Of a stretch of 64,000 nucleotides of DNA, positions 63,295 to 64,000 are shown piece after piece. The notes under the pieces were generated by a model that was not told where the DNA came from, did no database searches, and saw only the letters and a list, made by a program, of their open reading frames with translations. Made by a program: the position numbers and the translations under genes. Every line of letters starts with the position of its first letter. Positions within the stretch are counted from its first letter, which is position 1. This stretch comes from Laetmonice hystrix (taxonomy: Eukaryota): NCBI GenBank assembly GCA_965235115.1, contig OZ249436.1:9300001-9364000 (forward strand). The letters run 5' to 3'.

Positions 63295-63357
<63 letters not shown>
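63295..63357. repeat. (CAG)21 tract with one TAG interruption
   Basis: Direct reading. Confidence 0.97.
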
Positions 63358-63359
<2 letters not shown>

Positions 63360-63865
63360 AGAGACAGACCGCGGACGGCCATTTTTGTCAGGAGCGGCAA
63401 ATAGCTATATAGTTACCTATACGAAAAACACGGACAGAGCCTGATGCAAAGCGAAACCGGCACACCTGCTGCAACCTTCAAAAAAAGTTACCCACACATG
63501 TTTTACATAAGACTATTAGTATTCTATAGCACATGAATATTACATTATGGAAGGGTGGCTGGGGTCTATAGGGGTAAGACAGGGAGGGGGTGTGGCGATG
63601 TCATGCAAACTGTCGGCAATGCTGATAATCAAATACAGGTACGGTGTCAGAACGGTGACAACTCTCCCTTAAAAACACGAGCTGCTAATTAGGTTTGCTT
63701 TAGAAGAACATGGCGGATTTAGCGACCTCTACATTGTGCTTTCTAAACCAAACAATGCCACTAATCTAACAGATAAACTATAAAGGAGCTTGTGGCAATA
63801 ATGGTATACGGATTACTTAAACAAAGCAAACTGAGGGCAGTACATTTTGGTACTAATTACTGTTG

Positions 63866-64000
63866 GCCATACCATGCAACACCCTGAATACTGGATAGCG
63901 CTCCATGCCGGGCCTACGGTAAACCCACTGCAGGTACATCTCGCCATACCATGCAGCACCCTGAATACTGGGTGATAGCGCTCCATGCCGGGCCTACGGT
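63866..64000. repeat. ~77-bp tandem repeat running off the window edge
   Basis: GCCATACCATGCA..CACCCTGAATACTGG..ATAGCGCTCCATGCCGGGCCTACGGT at 63866 and 63943. Confidence 0.85.

Overview
Eukaryotic (metazoan, most likely non-vertebrate bilaterian) genomic DNA, not prokaryotic. The one well-supported gene is a minus-strand stargazin/TARP-family (CACNG, PMP22/claudin superfamily) AMPA-receptor auxiliary subunit. Three spliced coding exons were reconstructed by hand: 20451-20362 (90 nt), 13135-12995 (141 nt) and 7873-7350 (ending ...RRTTPV*). All are joined by canonical GT-AG phase-1 introns. Exon 1 (TM1 plus the GLW motif) was not found, so it lies beyond 64000, in the N-gap, or is unrecognisably divergent. 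The rest is non-coding: about 30 unrelated mini/microsatellite arrays (roughly 12 kb by hand tally), several short TIR-bounded non-autonomous DNA transposons, GC-rich islands with triplet repeats, and one 194-N gap. Nearly all long ORFs in the supplied track are tandem-repeat artefacts. No CRISPR, rRNA or tRNA is supportable, and I found no convincing novel multi-gene system. The most interesting signals concern splicing of the TARP gene: a candidate 44-nt poison exon, and a minisatellite that multiplies the exon-2 3' splice signal about 23 times. A window-wide excess of the palindrome TAGGCCTA is also notable. All coordinates and counts were read by eye.
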